Source: Rebecca billardiae RCC1528
Taxonomy: Eukaryota > Protista > Haptophyta
Length of the DNA: 64,000 nucleotides
Reading direction: 5' to 3'
Assembly: GCA_965240325.2 (NCBI GenBank)
Contig: OZ251222.1
Location: 1,736,001 to 1,800,000, forward strand
Positions 57,594 to 64,000 of the stretch are shown here, in pieces (the stretch's first letter is position 1; each line of letters opens with the position of its first letter). Both the position numbers and the translations under genes were made by a program. The notes beneath the pieces were generated by a model. That model was not told where the DNA came from, made no database searches, and saw only the letters and a list, made by a program, of their open reading frames with translations.

Positions 57594-58915
57594 ATGGCGT
57601 CCTCTTGGGTCCGAGGCGACACCACCCTCGAGGGAGCCATGTCACGCGTGATGGGGGGCACGCGAGTGAACGGCGGCGGTGGCGGTAGCCCGTCCAACGA
57701 GCACGATCCACTCGTAACAGGCGACACCCAGCACCTGGAGGATCTCGAGGGTGGACCGGGCTCAGGGTCGCCGCTCGGCATCGACATGCAGACCGGCGCA
57801 GCCCCGGCGCTGGACAATCGCGAGACGAACTCGAGTCTCGCCTCGTTCACCAGATGGATGGAGCAGAACGTGCCCTTCCTCGTGCTGCTGGCCTTCGTCT
57901 TCATCTACGAGCACTGGAGAGGTAAATCCGCCGCCGCGACCAGAAGGCGTCCCCATCGTTTTTTCCGCCGCTGCGTCGCCAACCCAGCCGTGCGCCCACC
58001 CGCACGCTCACGACCGCAGGGATTCTGGCCTTCGCCTGGCTCACGTCTGGGCTCCACTTCGCCAACACGCACATGCGCGAGCAAGTCGGCCTGAAGGAGA
58101 AGCGGCAAACGGGCGTGCTCGCGGGCGTGGCAGCCGGACTGCTCGCCGCGTCCGCGGGCACGATGCTGGTGTTCAGCTCGGAGCAGCTCTGGCTGCACCT
58201 CGTCCTGCTCGTGCCCTCGCCCGAGCAGGGCGCGGCAAAGGACCTGCTCGGCATGCTGTGGCGGATCGTGATGGCCGACCTGGTCGTGCGATACCTCTCG
58301 ATGGCGTGCAAGGTGCTCGGCACGCTGTGCATCTGCTCGTGCTCGCACCGACGACCGCGCAGGTGTTACCAGCTGACAGAGATGCTGGTGAGCCTCTACC
58401 GCACGGTGCTGCCGATCCCGCACTGGTATCGCTGGCTCCTGGGCAAGGGGCCCTCCTCGTTCGTCGCGTCGCTCGCGACCGGGCTGTACCTCACCTTCAA
58501 GCTCGCCGCCGCCGTCGACCAGCTGCGCAGCGTCTCGGGCATGTTTGTGGCCGTGGTCACGCGGCAGGCGGTATGCGCGCGCCACGCGGCGCGCAGCTCA
58601 CCGCGGAGCGCGCCCGCGGCCATCGCCTGACAGAGTCCGCTGCACCTGCCCCTCGCGCCGCGGACGCGCGCGCAGTTGTACGGGAGGTATGCGACGGAGG
58701 ACGAGGTGCGCGCCTCTGGCGACGACTCGTGCTCTATCTGCCACGACGACGTGAGCAACCCCGTCGTCCTTGGGTGCAAGCACATCTTCTGCGAGGACTG
58801 CGTCTGCGAGTGGCTGGAAAGAGAGCGCACGTGTCCGCTCTGCCGTGCACCCGTGAGCACCGGGCCCCGCTACCAGAGCGACGGGACGACGCCACTCATG
58901 TGCCAGGTATTCTGA
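57594..58915 (+). CDS. RING finger and transmembrane domain protein (RNFT1/2-like E3 ligase); exons 57594-57921, 58020-58570, 58676-58915
   Basis: Multiple TM helices; YRTVLPIPHWYRWL; C3HC4 RING CSICHDD..PVVLGCKHIFCEDCVCEWLERERTCPLCR; DG.T tail. Confidence 0.9.
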
Positions 58916-59212
58916 ACGATGGGCGCTGGTGTGTCGCAGCGTTGTGCCTGGCCCCGTGGCCGTGGGTGGCCTCTGCCGTCTGCGGCGGCAGCCTCCATGC
59001 TGACTGCTCCTGGCCGGACAGTGCGCCACTGTTATTCAAGAGTGACGAAGCTATAAGACCGTTTAGGCCGTTATTGCTGACAGCGGCGGATGTAGTTCGC
59101 GGCACGACGTTGTCCCGATGAGTCCGTCCGTTGCACCAGAAGACAAGAAGTCCGCTGCATGCCTACGCCGTGTAATAAGTACTGATGAGTAGTGAGTACT
59201 GCCACGGAGTAG

Positions 59213-59498
59213 TAATGGCCCGCGGTGCAGGGCGGAGCGCGCAGCGTGGAGCCCGCACCAGCGGGCCCGAACCACGTTTCAAAAAGATCTTTGATCAAGA
59301 AAAAAGGGACGGGGGGCGGCGGAAAAAAAGGGACGGGGGGCGATTTTTAGGGCTGGCGGAGACCGAGTTTCGAGTTTTTGAGATCGCATTGAGAGGTCTA
59401 TCAGGCCAAAAAAAACCGCGCCCAGCTGATTCCCTTAAGTAAAGTGAGATCTGGACGTCAGCTGGACGTGACATTAGTGTAACGGTTCGTTACGAGCG
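59213..59498 (+). repeat. Direct repeat copy A (probable transposon end)
   Basis: Near-identical to 62895-63155; copy A has an extra aaaaaagggacggggggcg unit. Confidence 0.88.
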
Positions 59499-59815
59499 AA
59501 TCGTACTCGTCTTCCCGGATCGCGTGACGTCCGGACTGGGCCACATCCGGATCGTCGGAGGTGACATGCCCCGGCACGATGGGCGATGGCGGATATGCGG
59601 GACGGCGGCCTGCACGTGCCTCCGGACCCGCCTCCCGCTTGCTGCTCACGCAGTCAGCTGCGACCGTGGCGCATGATCGCAGAAGCAGTGCCGGCAGTAC
59701 GGCCTGCATCAGCTAGTGCCGCGCCGTCGTGGCGCGCGCGGTACGGTTGCGCGTTTGCAGCGCTCGCCGCTCGGCGTAACGGCACGCGCGTGCGGCTCAG
59801 GTGTGTCAAATGCGG

Positions 59816-62178
59816 GGCTTCATCCGGTTGCCACATTAAGCCTTGACCACCTGCCACATTAAGGGCTTCATCCGGTTGCCACATTAAGCCTTGACCACCT
59901 GCCACATTAAGGGCCCCGCGACCGGCTGCCACATTAAGGCGACCGGCTGCCACATTAAGGATCCGCGCCAACGCGCGCACGGCCACCGACACGCCACGCG
60001 CGGAGCGATGCGCCGATGGTCTTCGGCTCGGTCGCAAACGTCCTGAACCACGCTGGCCTGTTCAGTCGCCCTTTGCTCGACGCAGTCGTGCACTGGCCGG
60101 TGGAGGCAGTGGCGCCGGGCGTCGGGAAGCACTTCGAGTTCCTCGGTGAGGCTGGCGAGCCCGCGCCCGACAAGAAGTAGCGCGGCGGCGCGTGCGCGCC
60201 GTGCTCGCGGTGACGTACGTGCTGCTCGCGAAGGGAAAGCAGTTCAAGCAGGGACACCTCGAGCACTCGGCAGATTATCTCGCCTTGCTCGCCGCTGACG
60301 GCCAGCGTGCGAAGCGCGCTGCTGGCATACACGGCGTTGAGCAGGTCACCGTGCGAGAGTGCTCCGTCAGACCCGTGGCCAAGGCCCTTGTCGATCAGCT
60401 GCGCTGAAGGGCGCGCGCAAGAGTGCGTGATGGAGGTCAGTTCCAGGCAGGCTCCATGTTGGCTGCAGCGCTGCGTCTGCGCAGCATGCCCCCGCACGCG
60501 CGTCTGCTCGCGCACGGCTGCGCTGAGCTGCAAGTTGCGCTCGAGCTCAGCCTTGAGCGCGCTCAGCGTGCCCTTCAGCAGCTCGAGCGGTTCCTCCTTG
60601 CGCCACGCGTCCGCGTGGCGCCGCGAGTAGTTGCTTGTTCAGCGGCTGCACCTGCACCGCCGCGCGCTCGACGCTCGCCTCGACCACCTCCGCGCGCACG
60701 CGCTCGCCGACGCGCTCCAGGGACTGCTGCGTAAGCTCGTGCGCACAGTGGAGCGCCGGAGCGACACCTCCGCGCCATCCACCGCGCTTATCGCCTGGCT
60801 GGGCGCTATGGAGAGCTACACGCGCGCCGGGGGCGCGAGCCCGACGACGCACTCGCAGTTCACCTCGCTGTACGACGAACGCCACCTCGAGCGCACGAGC
60901 GCATGCGTCTGCAGCGGGAGCACTGACGGCCGCTCCGGTGGGCTCGCCGCCGACTTCCCCAGTAGTAACCAGCATATCAAAGTCGTCTTCGGTAGCGCGC
61001 GAGGCTCGCTACAATACGGTGATGCTACACCACATGGTTTGCGTCACACGCAGCACCACATGGGTGGCCGGCAGCGGCGTACCATCGGCTGAGCTGTTCC
61101 TGAGTCACTGTTCCTCTGCAGAGACGTGCGCGCGTCGACGAGCACTTGCGCGCTCTGCGGCCTTCGGCACCTTGACACCTTGACATCATTGCGCGTGCGC
61201 ATGACAGGCGCGGATGGTTGCGCACTTGCGTGTCCGTCGGCGGCGCGCACGATCCGCGAGCACCGTCCGCCGGGGCCTTGCCATTGTCGACCTTGGACGG
61301 CACACGACGCACCGCGGCGCGCTCGCGGCCTTCGGTCGGGTAGCCCTCGCTGGACATGTGCTGGCCTCTGTTGCTCCGCTGCTCATCGGACCGGGTGCCA
61401 ATCAGTGGCCCACAATTGACGACCCGTGCGCCTGCCCCGCATGCTCGCACACGGGATGACGCAGCCTGGAGCCACCCCGGTCGAGATTTCGGGATGTCAA
61501 AGCAGTGGCCGAGCATGCGCTCAAGCGCTCTCATCCTCATGGAGCGTGACCTCTACCGTTCTACCGTCTGAGCGTCTGCCGTCACAGGAGTCGGACAAGT
61601 CCCCAAAGCTGGGTGCAACCAGTCCCTCGGGAGTAGCCGCCAGGCCTCCCGCCACCACCGCAGCCGCGCCGCCCAGGGTTGTGAGTCCTGGGATTACCCG
61701 GGGTGGTCAGGCTGGCGCGCACGCTCGCGGAACCTTGGAACCCGCGCTCCCGCGCTGCGTCGCGTGTCACCCCTCGATCGCCGCCCCACCGCCACCTCTT
61801 CCCTCCCATCACCACCTCTTCCTCGACATCCTCGGCCTTCGCCGCAGCACCGACGCCCCCGCGCGCGGCCGCTGTGGCAGCGTGCGATCAGCGTGCGCTG
61901 CGCCGCCGCGCCGCCGCGCCGCCCAGAGTTGTGCAGCGCGGCCTGTGAGTCCTGCGAGCTGCCCTGTGTGGTCAGGCTGGTACGCACGCTCGCTAACGCT
62001 TCGAACACGCGTTTTCCTCCACGCACGGCGGCCGTCGCCGCAGCACGAGAGCCCCGCGCGCGGGCAGCGCGCCTTAATGTGGTGGCGGGATCCTTAATGT
62101 GGCAGTGGTCAACCGGCTGCCACATTAAGGCTTAATGTGGTGGCGGGATTCGGCTTAATGTGGTAACCGGCTGAAGTC
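59816..62178. mobile_element. Non-autonomous DNA transposon with 9-bp TSD (Mutator/Merlin-like) and CCACATTAAG subterminal arrays
   Basis: TSD caaatgcgg at 59807-59815 and 62179-62187; ~25-bp imperfect TIR ggcttcatccggttgccacattaag / gacttcagccggttaccacattaag; six motif copies at left, four inverted plus one forward at right. Confidence 0.87.
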
Positions 62179-62473
62179 CAAATGCGGTCTCGTCGGCGCG
62201 CTTTCGCCTGCCACCTCGTGCACCCGTGCCGCCAGTTTCATCGTCTTCATGAGGACTGCTGCTGCTGTCGCCATCCGCTCTCCATCACCCCGAGTCGCCG
62301 GTCGCGCGGCGCGCGCGGTAGGCACTAGGCAGGGCGTGCGGTCACTCACCCGTGCAACGGGTCAAGTGGCCAGAGTACGTCTGGTCGTTGGCTGGCACGG
62401 GCCGCAGCGCTAAAGCACCCTGCTGTCACACCCGACTCCTTCAGTACTCCGAGCTCCGCGGCACGACTCACTC

Positions 62474-62619
62474 GGCACGATCGCGGACGGGTCGGATCCG
62501 AGCTGATCAGCCAGAGTTGGACACAGTTTGGCAGCTACTAGTAGTAATTCCGATGCCGATGGCACGATCGCGGACGGGTCGGATCCGAGCTGATCAGCCA
62601 GTTGGACATTTGGCAGCTA
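62474..62619 (+). repeat. Tandem duplication (~60 bp x2)
   Basis: ggcacgatcgcggacgggtcggatccgagctgatcagcca...gttggaca...tttggcagcta at 62474 and 62561. Confidence 0.85.
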
Positions 62620-62894
62620 GTTGTCAGACGGACGTCCGATTTGACGACCGGTGCCGGGTGCGGTCTCAGGTCCGCTGCTGTGATTGTGTGAAGTGTGAAT
62701 GAGTCTCGCGGTCGCGCAGGCAGGGCGACGGTCGGACTAATATAGCTTCAGTCATCTCAGAACCGACTTCAACTGGCGAACTGCCACTACGGCGGAGAGC
62801 CGCGATTGCACGGCCACCGCGGGCCCCCAACTGCGTTGATTCTATGCAGAAAAGGACCGCGGAACGCGGTCATATATGATTAATGACGTATAGT

Positions 62895-63155
62895 TAATGG
62901 CCCGCGGTGCAGGCGGAGCGCGCAGCGTGGAGCCCGCACCAGCGGGCCCGAACCACGTTTCAAAAAGATCTTTGATCAAGAAAAAAGGGACGGGGGGCGA
63001 TTTTTAGGGCTGGCGGAGACCGAGTTTCGAGTTTTTGAGATCGCATAGAGAGGTCTATTAGGCCGAAAATAACCGCGCCCAGCTGATTCCCATAAGTAAA
63101 GTGCGATCTGGACGTCAGCTGGACGTGACATTAACGTAACGGTTCGTTACGAGCG
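62895..63155 (+). repeat. Direct repeat copy B (probable transposon end)
   Basis: Near-identical to 59213-59498. Confidence 0.88.
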
Positions 63156-63602
63156 CGAGTTTAAGTATGAGAACCGCCAACCGATAAAAACGGCAAGGCA
63201 AGGGATAGGCTTCGCGAAGGCAGAGGAGCCGCGAACATCTCAATATTATCTCGGTACGAGCGATCTTTCCGTCTCGGCGGGTCGAATAATAATTGGCGGG
63301 AAGGCCATATTCAATAGCAGTGCTCCGTTAAGGAGGAATCGAGCCGCGGGTCGTAAGTACGTCATTATTGAGTGATTGAATCGCATCTCATCAATGCTAT
63401 CATACTGTAGTATGATCATGAGCCGCTAGAAGATAGAAATACCGCGCTTCAGGTAGTACCTGCTCATTCAGATTCGCGTGCGCGCAAACTACGCGCATCA
63501 ATATGATACGTTTTACTACCGGCGGCCCTCGTGGGGGCGCCTCGTCACGAGGCGGCAGCGCACGCTGCGCAGCGAGGCGGGGAGACGCGAGCAAAGTGGG
63601 CT

Positions 63603-64000
63603 ATGGCAAGCAGCACATCGACAGGCGACGCCGACCAGGACTTCGTTCTCCGCGTATTGAACGCGCTGCTCGACTCGGGGACAGTGACGAGGGTGGGCAA
63701 ACACACGCTGCAGAGCACCGCTGCCGCCATCTCCGTCGCCAGGCACAAGCAGACCATCACCGGAGCCGCGAGCGAGTACCGCGTGTCGATTCATGCGATC
63801 AAGACGCTCCTCGGCCAGGTTCGCAACGTGCTGGAGGCGGAGGGCGCACTCGGCAGCGGCGGCGCGGCGCGGTTGATCACCGACTTCACCACGCGCCCCG
63901 CAGGCCAGGCCCCTCCCTCCTCCTCACCCGGCCCAACAGCTGGCAGCCGCTTCACGGCACTCGCCGCGCTCGACGGGGAAATGCCCGCTGCAGAGCAAGC
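63603..64000 (+). CDS. 5' part of an ORF with an HTH-psq-like motif, possibly transposon-encoded (runs off the window)
   Basis: Open from ATG 63603 to the window end: MASSTSTGDADQDFVLRVLNALL...AAAISVARHKQTITGAASEYRVSIHAIKTLL. Confidence 0.45.
   Translation, partial: MASSTSTGDADQDFVLRVLNALLDSGTVTRVGKHTLQSTAAAISVARHKQTITGAASEYRVSIHAIKTLLGQVRNVLEAEGALGSGGAARLITDFTTRPAGQAPPSSSPGPTAGSRFTALAALDGEMPAAEQ

Noticed and set aside
59816-59960. Iterated GCCACATTAAG units as a CRISPR array
   Set aside because: Units are only ~11 bp, spacers are short and themselves repeated, an inverted array sits at the far end with a TSD, no cas genes, eukaryotic context
59213-63155. Direct repeats as LTRs of a retrotransposon
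   Set aside because: No TG...CA ends, no TSD, no recognisable PBS/PPT and no gag/RT/integrase remnants seen
1-64000. tRNA/rRNA genes or a prokaryotic defence operon
   Set aside because: No cloverleaf or rRNA-like sequence recognised; genes are spliceosomal-intron-containing eukaryotic genes

Overview
Very GC-rich, gene-dense, intron-containing eukaryotic DNA. Short GT-AG introns (gtgcgc...cgcag), signal/plastid-type leaders and overall style suggest a haptophyte alga such as Pavlovales; this is inference, not shown. About 22 protein genes: R2R3-MYB, GT47, C2H2 zinc finger, lysyl-tRNA synthetase, DUF2358, PAP-fibrillin, Cu(I) P1B-ATPase, inositol 5-phosphatase, LAG1/TLC ceramide synthase next to a GT29 sialyltransferase-like gene, BCS1-like AAA, Cj0069-like/TPR chimera, LON-N domain protein, METTL25-like, homeobox, secreted RTX-like protein, PDZ protein, RING-TM protein and others. 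The most unusual gene encodes an RNase II/R (RNB) nuclease, two SAM/HhH-like repeats and a complete Ski2-like helicase in one polypeptide. There are also several non-autonomous DNA transposons: two long foldback elements, a pogo-like MITE with an empty-site paralogue nearby, and a 9-bp-TSD element nested between longer direct repeats. All domain calls come from motif recognition by eye; no searches were run.
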